Positions 50,590 to 61,224 of a stretch of DNA of 64,000 nucleotides are shown one piece after another. Numbering within the stretch: the first letter of the stretch is position 1; every line of letters begins with the position of its first letter. Made by a program: the position numbers and the translations under genes. The DNA lies in NCBI RefSeq assembly GCF_006345805.1, contig NC_043007.1, positions 11,408,001-11,472,000 of the forward strand, given 5' to 3'. The notes beneath the pieces were generated by a model. The model did no database searches and had not been told where the DNA came from. It saw only the letters and a list, made by a program, of their open reading frames with translations. The DNA is from Octopus sinensis. Its lineage: Eukaryota.

Positions 50590-51300
50590 GTCTCCTTCTT
50601 TTTCAATGCACTTGGTCCAGAAGTCCACAAGATTGCAGATTCCCTCCAAGAAGAAGGTTTTTGGTTGGTCATGCAACCATTTATGCACTACTTCCTTCAC
50701 ATCTTCATCTTCATCTGTAGGAAATCAATGACCTCATAAGCCATAGATATGATAGCCAAGCAGGGCAAGATCTGGGTTGTAGGCAGGGTGTTCCAGCTAC
50801 TCAAAACCCAATTATTTAACCCTTTAGTGTTCAGATTATTCAATCAAACATAATGCCTATTGATTCCCATTGATTTGAATTAATCATGCATTATCTCATA
50901 TCTTCAAGATCTTGATGGTGTAATTAGTTAATGCAGAATAACATTGTAGGGTAGGTGCGAGAGCCTGGATCTGGTCAGTTTGAGCATAAAACAGATTAAC
51001 TATTTTGGCCAGATATGGCCGGTTTAAATACTAAAGGGTTAATGGTTTCAACAGTTCAGGCGGCTGTGTATGGGCATCCATTGTCATACAAGAGCAAATC
51101 TTCCTTTGAAAATAGGCTTTGGAATTCGATGTGAATCGCTGGCTTCGGTTTGTTGGCCAGCAAAGCACTGTATCTTGCACTGTTGTTTGTACGCCCCTTT
51201 CCCAGAGAATTCGGGTCACTGCTCTTTGTTCTTTGTTGGTGCACATTGCTTGTGGAGCAGCCACGTTTACACTGTAAAGTCAGAAAGCAAAATGGCAGGA
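50590..51300 (-). pseudogene. Deleted mariner element split by a piggyBac-like MITE
   Basis: MAAPQAMCTNKEQRAVTRILWERGV; LLLYDNGCPYTAA; LEHPAYNPDL; FFLEGICNLVDFWTKCIEKEGDY. Confidence 0.75.
50820..51038. mobile_element. piggyBac-like MITE
   Basis: TTAA|CCCTTTAGT...ACTAAAGGG|TTAA; inverted relative to 56258-56478. Confidence 0.8.
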
Positions 51301-51381
51301 TCGGGCTAAAAGTTCGATCACGTGACCACAATAGTACCAACTGTAAGCACATATGCACAGAAGGTAGTGTGACAATAATAA

Positions 51382-51857
51382 GGCGGCAAGCTGGCAGAAA
51401 CGTTAGCATGCCAGGCGAAATGCTTAGTGGTTGAAAGGCGACGAGCTGGCAGAATCGTTAGCACACCAGGCGAAATGCTTAGCGGTATTTCGTCTGCCGC
51501 TACGTTCTGAGTTCAAATTCCGCCGAGGTCGACTTTGCCTTTCATCCTTTCGGAGTCGATAAATTAAGTACCAGTTACACACTGGGGTCGATGTAATCGA
51601 CTTAATCTGTTTGTCTGTCCTTGTTTGTCCCCCCTGTGTTTAGCCCCTTGTGGGTAATAAAGAAATAGGTATTTCATCTGTCTTTACGTCCTGAGTTCAA
51701 ATTCCACTGAGGTCGACTTTGCCTTTCATCCTTTCGGAGTCAATAAATTAAGTACCAGTTACGCACTGGGGTCGATGTAATCAACTTAATCCGTTTGTCT
51801 GTCCTTGTTTGTCCCCCCTGTGTTTAGCCCCTTATGGGTAGTAAAGAAATAGGTAGG
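51382..51857 (+). mobile_element. SINE family C, duplicated head plus two bodies
   Basis: ~184-bp period; GTGACAATAATAA at 51369-51381 and 51858-51870. Confidence 0.8.
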
Positions 51858-52344
51858 GTGACAATAATAAAGATATGTTATGGTGAAATAGTGATAATTT
51901 TTGACTTCCCCTTGTAAATGTATGCACATACATACATACATGCATACATACATAAATACATACATAAATACATACATACATATATAACTAGATATATATA
52001 TATATATATATATATGCACATATATATAGATAGACAGATAGTAGACTGAGAAACAGATTTATATAGCCATACACACACATGTACAAGCATGCACACACAC
52101 ACACGCTCACATACACATGAACACAAACATGCATTTGTGTGTGTGTGTGTGTGTGTATGTCTGCACATGTGTACATGTGTATGAGTGTATGTACATCAAA
52201 TAACACATTGTGCTTCAAAGAACTATACAGGATGCTTAGGCTAAATCTGACAGTTTGCAGGAAAGGAAAAGAAAATACAGTATTCCATCCCCAAAAAATA
52301 ATATTTAAAAAAAATCAAAATGATGGCTGGAAGATAACAGTTTA

Positions 52345-52970
52345 TGAGTGGGTGTGGAAAAGTTTCAGGCTTTAAGGGTATCATGAAAGGTCTAACCTTT
52401 TGAGTTCTTTTACAGGGCTTAGAAAAACTGAAGGACCACTGCAATAAGTGTGGAAATCTGAAAGAAGGATACATTACTCTCTTTCACTCTTTTACTTGGT
52501 TCAGTCATTTGACTGTGGCCATGCTGGAGCACTGCCTTTAGTCGAGCAAATTGACCCCAGGACTTATTCTGTGTAAGCCTAGTACTTATTCTATCGGTCT
52601 CTTTTGCCGGAAAGCTAAGTTATGGGGACATAAACACACCAGCATCAGTTGTCAAGTGATGTTGGGGGGACAAACACAGACACATAAACACATACACACA
52701 CACACATACATATATATATACATATATACGACAGGCTTCTTTCAGTTTCCATCTACCAAATCCACTCACAAGGCTTTGGTCTGACTGAGGCTATAGTAGA
52801 AGACACTTGCCCAAGGTGCCATGCCGTGGGACTGAACCCGGAACCATGTGGTTCATAAGCAAGCTACTTACCGCACAGCCACTCCTACGCCTATTGAATA
52901 AAATCATAATAAATTGATCCTCCTGAATTTTCTTTTACCCAATGCGAGGAACTTTTCAGCTCCTGCCCCC
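52345..52970 (+). mobile_element. Mariner-derived MITE interrupted by SINE A (52475-52892, minus)
   Basis: TIR-like ends; LLQGLEKLKDHCNKCGNL remnant; uninterrupted relative at 53440. Confidence 0.65.
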
Positions 52971-52996
52971 ACTGTATGTGTGTATATATATATATA

Positions 52997-53394
52997 CTAG
53001 CAGTATTGCCCGGTGTTGCTCGGGTTTGTAAGGGAAATAACTATATAAGCATTTTTAGAGAGTTATAGCCAAAAAATAGCAAAAAAAAATGCATTAAAAT
53101 GGAAAAAAAATGATGGTAAATTTTTTTTTAAATCGTTGACTCATCGTAGACATTTTTAGAGAGTTACTTCCCTTATATAATAGCGAAAAAATGCATTAAA
53201 ATGGAAAAAAATGATGGTAAATTATTTTTAAAATCGTAGACTCATTGTAGACTCGCGCTAATACCCAGAAGGGCTTGATATGAATCACGACTATAAGATA
53301 CTCGCTTTTGGTTAGACTGCACCGCAAAATGCGGAAGTAGTTAGGAATCTAAATCGTAGGAGACAGACACATAACTTGACTTTTATATATAAAG

Positions 53395-53395
<1 letters not shown>
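52997..53395 (-). mobile_element. Non-autonomous Helitron
   Basis: A|TC...CTAG|T; same family as 16458. Confidence 0.8.
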
Positions 53396-53426
<31 letters not shown>

Positions 53427-53439
53427 ATTATATATACGC

Positions 53440-53656
53440 ACAAGGTGGGCTGCAAAGTTCTTGGCTTTAAGGGTATCATGAAAGGCCTTGATGAAGGCCC
53501 AATCTTCCAAGTTCTTTTACAGGGTTTAGCAAAACTGAAGGACCACTGCAATAAGTGTGGGAATCGGAGAGGGGAAAATGTTGGTTAAAATCATAATAAA
53601 TTGATCCTCCTGAATTTTCTTATACCCAAAGCCAGGAACTGTTCAGTACTCACTCA
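53440..53656 (+). mobile_element. Mariner-derived MITE
   Basis: LLQGLAKLKDHCNKCGNRRGENV; inverted ends; TA. Confidence 0.65.
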
Positions 53657-53696
53657 TATGTGTATATAAATGTGCGTGTATGTGTGTGTGTGTATA

Positions 53697-54480
53697 CAGG
53701 ATTATTCAAAAAGAATGAACCAATTTCATTGTGCAATATTTTAATAAGGAAAAGCAATAGAAAACTCCAGCTAAATCACAAGTATTTACTCACAAATAAC
53801 TTTTATTTTCTGACTTACAAGTGTTCAATGTGACCACCACCTGCAGCACGGGCAACATTAATGTGGTAAGAGAATTCCTGCCAGACACATATCAGCATAT
53901 CACGATCCACCATGTGTGATTTTTTTCTTGTGGGGATATGTAAAATATCGCCATTTTGCTACACTGTTATTACTGAGATTGTCAGCTAATATGTGGCGCT
54001 TGGTGTAGAATGGAGTTTCATGTAGCTACCCTCATTTGCACCTCTTGCCGTGAGGTAGGTTCATCTGGAACTTTTGACTGGAAGGGATCCAGCCTTGATT
54101 TATGGGAATTCTTGAGAGGAATTCTCAACAGGAAGAGGTCCAGCCTTGATCACCGTGTGTGATTTTTTTCTTGTGGGGATATGTAAAATATTGCATTTAT
54201 ATTCCACTATTACCCACTGACCTCGATAACCTTAAACATTGAATAACAACAGTTATCAACTCAGTGGATCGCGATATGCTGTTACGCATCTGGCAGGAAT
54301 TCTCTTCTCGCATTGATGTTGCCTGTACTTCAGGTGGTGGTGGCCGCATTGAGCACTTGTAAGACAGGAAATAAAAGTTGATTGTGAGTAAATACTTGTG
54401 ACTTAGCTGGAGTTTTCTATTGCTTTTCTTTATCAAAATATTGTGTAATGAAATCGGTTCATTCATTTTGAATAACCCTG
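53697..54480. mobile_element. Foldback mariner MITE made of two transposon 3' ends
   Basis: TA|CAGG.TTATTCAAAA termini; ~210-bp inverted arms; FFLWGYVK...DRDMLLRIWQEF...GRIEHL*. Confidence 0.8.
53949..54150 (-). mobile_element. Tail-less CR1/L2 LINE fragment inside the MITE
   Basis: Near-identical to 58722-58880 plus a repeat variant; 41-bp duplication at 53908-53948 and 54151-54191. Confidence 0.75.
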
Positions 54481-55630
54481 TATATATATATATATACACA
54501 AATGTAAATAAGCCCAATCTGTTTCTTAAATGAGGGACATATTCATATGGCACAGAATGCTTTTTAACTCAATAGATGTCACTGATTGGTTGAAATTGCA
54601 GAAATTGAAGAAAAATAACAACAAATATCTTACAAACTATAGAATTTTCTCAATAAAGCCAAGAGAAAAAGATGTTTCATAAACACAATCTACCAGTATA
54701 TGAAGTTTAAAATTTTTTAGTTTCCTAGAAATTATGTTAAAAACTGCCGTTTAAACCGAAAAGATCCCTTCAAGCTAATCCTGGGAAAAAAGGAGACAAA
54801 ATATTGTCAAATTCAGCCCAATTACGCTATGCAATGACAACGCCAGGATTTGAAACCTAAAACCTGTAAACAGCAGTTGTTCATAACAGCCACGTTTTCT
54901 TTTTATATATAACTTGCATTATTTTGTAAATTATTTCATTACTTGAACTTATAACCACCAAATTTAGAAACAATATCAGTTGCTAAGAAATATGCATGTA
55001 AAAGACACAGAGTGACAGAAAAGTTTCCAGCTGTCAATGTTTTGTAGTATTTTTTGCTTCTTTCTTCTTTTAATAAACGTATAGTGGCACATTGTAAAGG
55101 AAATTTTAAATATTGAAGTTCCCTAAGGGGAAATAAATTCAAAATACCATTAATAATAAATGAAAATGAGAGAATTGAAAACAATAGAAAAAGGAATTTA
55201 ATGATTTTATTTGCTTTTAAAAACTGAATAAGTAATAAATCTCTTGATAATAACAGAAAAACAAATGAAAACTTTGAGCCAATTGGAAATTCCATAGCAA
55301 GAGAAAAGAAATTTTTAGAAAAGAAAGAAGATGAGAAAAAAAACCATTAACTAAAATAAATAAATAAATAAATAAATGAATGAATAAATAGAAAATGAAT
55401 GAAGAGAAAATTAAAAATATAACAGAAGCAAAATTTTACATTCATTTTAATTTCTGTATTTGCAAGGGTTAAATGGATGTACATAAAAAAAAGATGTTGA
55501 TATTTGTATATGAATTGTGGGGAGTAAGTTTTTTTACCAGAGAGACATCTTTCTCAAACACAAAGCATTCAGCTTGCTCCGATATCCTTGTCTAAGGTAC
55601 GACTGTTGTATGTGCTTGTTCTCACTTCCC

Positions 55631-56049
55631 TTCTCTTTACTACCCACAAGGGGCTAAACACAGAGAGGAGAAACAAGGACAGACAAAGGGATTAAGTCGA
55701 TTACATCGACCCCAGTGCGTAACTGGTACTTAATTTATCGACCCCGAAAGGATGAAAGGCAAAGTCGACCTCGGCGGAATTTGAACTCAGAACGTAACGG
55801 CAGACGAAATACCTATTTCTTTACTACCCACAAGGGGCTAAACACAGAGAGGAGAATCAAGGATAGACAAATGGATTAAGTCGATTACATCGACCCCAGT
55901 GCGTAAATGGTACTTAATTTATCGACCCCCGAAATGATGAAAGGCAAAGTCGACCTCGGCAGAATTTGAACTCAGAACGTAACGGCAGACGAAATCTGGC
56001 TACGCATTTCGCCTGGCGTGCCAATGGTTCTGCCAGCTCACCACCTTGG
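55631..56049 (-). mobile_element. SINE family C dimer
   Basis: Units near 55709 and 55894; degenerate flanking repeat TTGTTYTCACTT. Confidence 0.75.
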
Positions 56050-56106
56050 TTGTTTTCACTTTCATCTGCAAGAAACCATCTTGGCTTTAACTTTCAGTAT
56101 ACTCAC

Positions 56107-56169
56107 CAAGGAACACTTCTCAACTGCCATCTTCATTTTTTAATGGCTTTTGTTGAGAAGATTGAAGCC
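56107..56169 (-). CDS. Candidate 63-nt exon with possible start codon
   Basis: TTTTGTTACCCTAG|...AAAAAATGAAGATGGCA...TCCTTG|GTGAGT; MKMAVEKCSL from 56136, phase 0. Confidence 0.35.
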
Positions 56170-56257
56170 CTAGGGTAACAAAACATTCTTTCATTAATAC
56201 AGGAGTGGAAAGTGTGTAACTGAAATAATCATTACAGGTTTCTTATTATTTCTTTAA

Positions 56258-56478
56258 CCCTTTAGTGTTTAAACTGGCCAAATCCGGCCCAATATATTCT
56301 ACATGTTTTATATTCAAACTGGCCATATCCAGCCTCTCACACCTAACCTACAGTGACATTCTAAAAATAAACAATCACATCATTGAAACCTCAAAGCTGT
56401 AAGATAATCCAGGATTAAGTCAAAACAATTTGAGTGAAAAAGTATTACATTTAATAGAGAAATCTGAACACTTAAGGG
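56258..56478. mobile_element. piggyBac-like MITE
   Basis: TTAA at 56254-56257 and 56479-56482; CCCTT/AAGGG termini. Confidence 0.8.
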
Positions 56479-56720
56479 TTAAAGAAGCAAAGGGTTTTTT
56501 TGTGAGTACGAAAAGGCATTGCGAAAAAGTCAATACATATGTGTTTCAATATGTGTGGTTTGGAAGTGTTAATTTTTTATACGAAACATCAAAGTACTTC
56601 ATATACACTAACAGAAAGACTTTTATTGCATAGCATATATATATATTGCGTCAACATCCATAATGGAAGTCTACTAAATACTATTGTGAATTAAAAAAGC
56701 CATGGTGTGGAAATAACTGG

Positions 56721-57104
56721 ATGGAAGTACTCCGTCGGTTACGACAACGAGTGTTCTGGTTGATTCGATCAATGGAACAGCCTGCTCGTGAAATTAACGT
56801 GTAAGTGGCTGAGCATTCCACAGACACGTATACCCTTAACATAGTTCTCGGGGATATTCAGCGTGACACAGAGAGTGACAAGGCCGGCCCTTTGAAATAC
56901 AGGTACAACAGAAACAGGAAGTAAGAGTGAGAGAAAGTTGTGGTGAAAGAGTACAGCAGGGATCACCACCATCCCTGCCGGAGCCTCGTGGAGCTTTAGG
57001 TGTTTTCGCTCAATAAACACTCACAACACCCGGTCTGGGAATCGAAACCGCGATCCTATGACCGCAAGTCCGCTGCCCTAACCAATGAGCCATTGCGCCT
57101 CCAC
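56721..57104 (-). mobile_element. SINE family B, body type 1
   Basis: 13-bp TSD TGTGGAAATAACT at 56706-56718 and 57106-57118. Confidence 0.85.
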
Positions 57105-57381
57105 TTGTGGAAATAACTATAAATGCCACATATAGTTATTGTTCCCGAGCCATAGGCTCATAATGCCAGTTTCTTGAATTCTGTGGAGTATATGTTTCCT
57201 TTCCTCGATGGGACATTGGTCCATTGCAGAATTATCCATTTTTGCCAGCTGAGTGGACTGGAGCAACATGAAATGAAATGTTGTGGTCAAGAACACAATG
57301 CATGGCTCAGTCCAAGAATTGAAACCACAATCTTATGACCATGAGTGCAACACCCTAAACACTGAGCAGCATGTATCACCT

Positions 57382-57506
57382 AACTGTTACTCAGAGTTTC
57401 ATGTTCCTGTTTGTCGAACACAGTTGTGATGAATAATAGCTGTTTGACAAATGAGTATGTGAAACTCGGAGTCACAGTTTAGTGATAATTTTGCAGCTTT
57501 AATAAA
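57382..57506. mobile_element. Small PLE-like hairpin with hammerhead-like arms
   Basis: Right arm AGCTGT-TTGACAA-ATGAGTATGT-GAA-ACT(CGG)AGT-C-ACAGTT; relative at 59728. Confidence 0.55.
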
Positions 57507-57619
57507 TGTGTGTGCGTGTGTATACGTGTGTGCGAATGTGGAAATGTGTGTCAGGTTATTCTTTTACTCTTTTACTCTTTTACTCACATGTGGGTGTATG
57601 TGGGTGTTTGTGTATGTAT

Positions 57620-57860
57620 GCGTGTGTGTATGTGTGTGTATGTATATGTTTGTGTGTCTGTGTTTGTCCCCCTAGCATTGCTTGACAACCGATGCTGGTG
57701 TGTTTACATCCCCGTCACTTAGCGGTTCGGCAAAAGATACCCGTAGAATAAGTACTGAGCTTACACAGAATAAGTCCCAGGGTCGATTTGCTCGACTAAA
57801 GGCGGTGCTCCAGCATGGCCACAGTCAAATGACTGAAACAAGTAAACGATAAAAAAGATA
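57620..57860 (+). mobile_element. SINE family A, 3' half
   Basis: Body and tail match. Confidence 0.75.
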
Positions 57861-58299
57861 AACGATATATATACATATAAAACACACACATACACACACA
57901 AACTTGCTACCAGTTCAAATACACTTGAGCCATAAGAGAAAAGCTATTCACTGTATTTTGTCATGGATAAAATTCCTCACTGTAAACAGACTAGTGTAAA
58001 CAGTGTGTCAGTCTGCAGCATTCCCTAACCTGACTGTTGGATGCATGCCTTTCAGAGTGATTATCTCCTCTTCAGCAGCAGAGACTGGAAAGGTAGGTGC
58101 CGCAAACTGACACAGGAGACTGATCCCCCTTATGATATTCCCTGTCATCATTCAATGACTGGTTGCACTATTCAGAAGTTTACCATAAATAAAATACAAG
58201 ATAACAGCACTAAGCAGTGATGTATATGAATACAAACTTGTTGCCAGATAATTATCTTTTTTTGATTTTGACATATGAGGACCTAACAACTGTTTCTGC

Positions 58300-58650
58300 T
58301 TTTGTTTTAGTTCTGACATCCATGTCTCTGATGACAAGACTTTAATCAAACCTACATTCTACTGACAAGTCCACACATTGGATATAACAAAATGGATTGT
58401 TATACAAAGCAGCTAGTATGTTTGAGACTTTATCTTTGCTCTCAGTTCTTTAAGACCATACAGTCGACTCGATTTATGGTTCCTTATGGCTTATTAGCAA
58501 GTTAACTTCCATTCATGATGATTCAGTGCAATTTTCCAGATGTTTCTGGGGGAAATGAATCCTTTTCTCTTTCAGGTTACCTTTGGGCTTGTCCTTGTGC
58601 CTTAGCTATGGTCTTCCTATTCTTTTCCTTGCATCATGGAGCTGGTTAGC
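58300..58650 (-). pseudogene. Old RTE LINE C-terminal fragment
   Basis: KRIGRP*LRHKD.PK.NLK...WKIALNHHEWK; decayed terminal zinc-finger-like piece; A-rich tail. Confidence 0.55.
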
Positions 58651-58684
58651 CATAAAGATTATATATATATATATTTTTTTTTTC

Positions 58685-59202
58685 TGTGGTTTCAGCTCAT
58701 AGCTGTGGCCATGCTGAAGCACCGCCATTTTGCTACACTGTTATTACTGAGATCGTCAGCTAATATGTGGCGCTTGGTGTAGAATGGAGTTTCATGTAGC
58801 TACCCTTATTTGCACCTCTTGCCGTGAGGTAGGTTCATCTGGAACTTTTGACTGGAAGAGGTCCAGCCTTGATTTATGGGAATTCTCGACAGGAAGAGGT
58901 CCAGCCTTGATTTATGGGAATTCTCGACAGGAAGAGGTCCAGCCTTGATTTATGGGAATTCTCGACAGGAAGAGGTCCAGCCTTGATTTATGGGAATTCT
59001 CGACAGGAAGAGGTCCAGCCTTGATTTATGGGAATTCTCGACAGGAAGAGGTCCAGCCTTGATTTATGGGAATTCTCGACAGGAAGAGGTTCAGTCTTGA
59101 TTTATGGGAATTCTTGACAGGAATTCTCGACAGGAAGCAGTCCAGCCTTGATTTATGGGAATTCTCGACAGGAAGAGGTCCAGCCTTGATTTATAGGAAT
59201 TC
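58685..59202 (-). mobile_element. CR1/L2-group LINE 3' fragment with tandemly amplified 5' end
   Basis: KSRLDLFQSKVPDEPTSRQEVQIR matches the 44031 family; tail CAGCATGGCCACAGCTATGAGCTG. Confidence 0.8.
58855..59202. repeat. 38-bp minisatellite, about 9 copies
   Basis: AAGAGGTCCAGCCTTGATTTATGGGAATTCTCGACAGG; GTCCAGCC-type starts at 58861, 58899, 58937, 58975, 59013, 59051, 59089, 59140, 59178. Confidence 0.95.
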
Positions 59203-59611
59203 TTTTATCACACATTCTGATAATATGGCCAATTCATTTTAATTGGGATTGCTAAACAAAAGAATCAATACCACCAATTTTCAGAGAATAGGTCAATAAC
59301 TGAGATTTTATCATTCAGGTTTGTGTGTGTGTGTCTTGTTTCTGTTTTCATTGTACATCTGGTTTTTCATGTTAACGTGAATAAGACAACAAATATCTGT
59401 TAAATATTTGTTGGTGAGGTATTCTTTTACAGCTGGATGCTCTTCCTATCACCAACCCATACTCACTTTTCAAGAAAGGGACTTTTCATTCCACTAGTCT
59501 TAAAGAAAGCCAGCAATTGATTTACTGATGGAGAAATGGCAGCAAATGTTACAACTGGCAGCTCAGTGATTTTCGTATGAAGCTTTCACACACACTCTCA
59601 CACAAACACAT

Positions 59612-59659
<48 letters not shown>

Positions 59660-59727
59660 ACACACACACGCGCGCGCGCACATGCACACACATGCATGCA
59701 AACACGTGTACACACACACGTACACAT

Positions 59728-59934
59728 GAAAAGCAAGGTGGAAAAAATAGTACTCGAATATCTAAGGCAGAGTAATATGCTTTTATTAAAGCTGCAAAAT
59801 TATCACACAAAACTGTTACTCAGAGTTTCACATTTCTGTTTGTCGGACAGTTGTGATGAATAATAACTGTTTGACAAATGGGAGTGTAAAACTCAGAGTC
59901 ACAGTTTAGTGATAATTTTGCAGTTTTAATAAAA
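59728..59934. mobile_element. Leader plus hairpin PLE-like element
   Basis: Leader 59728-59780; palindrome 59781-59934; hammerhead-like motifs 59811-59852 (minus) and 59865-59906 (plus). Confidence 0.6.
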
Positions 59935-59955
59935 ATATATATAATATATATATAT

Positions 59956-60367
59956 ACAGGAGTGGCTGTGTGGTAAGTACCTTGCTAACCAACCACATGG
60001 TTCCGGGTTCAGTCCCACTGCATGGCATCTTGGGCAAGTGTCTTCTGCTACAGCCTCGGGCCGACCAAAGCCTTGTGAGTGGATTTGGTAGACGGAAACT
60101 GAAAGAAGCCTGTCGTGTATATGTATATATATGTATATGTATGTATGTGTATGTGTTTGTGTGTCTGTGTTTGTCCCTCTAGCATTGCTTGACAACAGAT
60201 GCTGGTGTGTTTGCGTCCCCGTCACTTAGCAGTTTGGCAAAAGAGACCGATTGAATAAGTACTGGGCTTACAAAGAATAAGTCCCGGGGTCGATTTGCTC
60301 AACTAAAGGTGGTGCTCCAGCATGGCCGCAGTCAAATGACTGAAACATGTAAAAGAGTAAAAGAGTA
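59956..60367 (+). mobile_element. SINE family A
   Basis: Full-length family match. Confidence 0.85.
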
Positions 60368-60436
60368 ATATACAGGGTGATTCGAAAGTTGCCTTACATA
60401 GGAACAATTTATCTTTTTATAAGAAACAGTTCTTAT

Positions 60437-60620
60437 ATCGCTTCTCGGCCTTTTGGCTAAGATCAAAGTGTAGTATCTCTTCTTATCAGCTTAATTTCTG
60501 ATACGGTCCCTATTTTGGGGCCACTAATATTAAACTGATTTTTAGAAAGAGGCGAAGTATCAGGGGCTTGCTCCACTTTTACCCTGGGTTGGCCTGGTAT
60601 TTGTATCACCCGGGAGATAC
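60437..60620 (+). pseudogene. U2: Retroposed near full-length U2 snRNA copy
   Basis: ATCGCTTCTCGGCCTTTTGGCTAAGATCAAAGTGTAGTA; stems IIa and IIb; Sm-like ATTTTTAG; altered loop IV; inside a MITE. Confidence 0.9.
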
Positions 60621-60623
60621 AAA

Positions 60624-60684
60624 AAAGGCAGTGCTCCAGCATGGCCACAGTCAAATGACTGAAACAACTAAAAGAGTAAAAGTG
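60624..60684 (+). mobile_element. SINE-A type 3' tail fused to U2
   Basis: AAAGGCAGTGCTCCAGCATGGCCACAGTCAAATGACTGAAAC...AAAAGAGTAAAAG. Confidence 0.85.
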
Positions 60685-61224
60685 TTTATAAGAATAGTTT
60701 TTTATTTATTTATTTAAAAAGCTCTATATGGTTACCATTGTTTTGAATACACATTGCAATACAGTTACCCCACTCATTGTGAACTCGCAATGGTACTTCT
60801 GGTGATACGTAAGCAAATGAGTTGTTGATGCGTTCCTTCAAATGATTTGTGTCTTTTATCTTTCTGTGATACACCATGCCTTTCAAATGCCCCCCAAAGA
60901 TAGAAATCAAGAGAGGTCAGATCAGGGTATCTAGTGGATCTTACAAACTGTTTCTTATAAAAAGATAAATTCTTCCTGTGTATGGAGACTTTTGAATTAC
61001 CCTGTATATACATATACATACACACACACACACACACACACCACTCATATATATAAGGAAAAGAATTTGAAATGCAGGAGTCTTTTAAAAGTATTTTTTA
61101 ACTTAACCAGTTTCACTGATTTAAAAAGATTTTCAAAAGTAAAGTGTGAGGCTTTGTGTATCCTTTGTGATGTCAACATCAAAATGAAAATCAAATGGAA
61201 ATTGTAGTTGTGATACTCATGCTA

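Larger units (their letters stand above)
60373..61004 (-). mobile_element. Mariner-derived MITE hosting the U2 insertion
   Basis: TA|CAGGGTGATTCGAAAGT...ACTTTTGAATTACCCTG|TA, ~60-bp TIRs; PDLTSLDFYLWG...LKERI...NGNHIELFK*. Confidence 0.85.

Noticed and set aside
54939-55295. 118-aa minus-strand ORF
   Set aside because: Low-complexity AT-rich codons, no recognisable motif or splice support
58056-58092. Plus-strand 37-nt exon (TTTCAG|...AAG|GTAGGT)
   Set aside because: No compatible partner exons; the nearby apparent acceptors at ~58310 and ~58575 belong to an antisense RTE relic
58855-59202. CRISPR-like array
   Set aside because: 38-bp units are contiguous with no unique spacers, derive partly from LINE sequence, and the context is eukaryotic
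60437-60620. Functional U2 gene, or target of a U2-specific retrotransposon
   Set aside because: Lies inside a MITE with a TSD and a fused tail, no upstream snRNA promoter is recognisable, U2 is not interrupted internally and no RT ORF is adjacent
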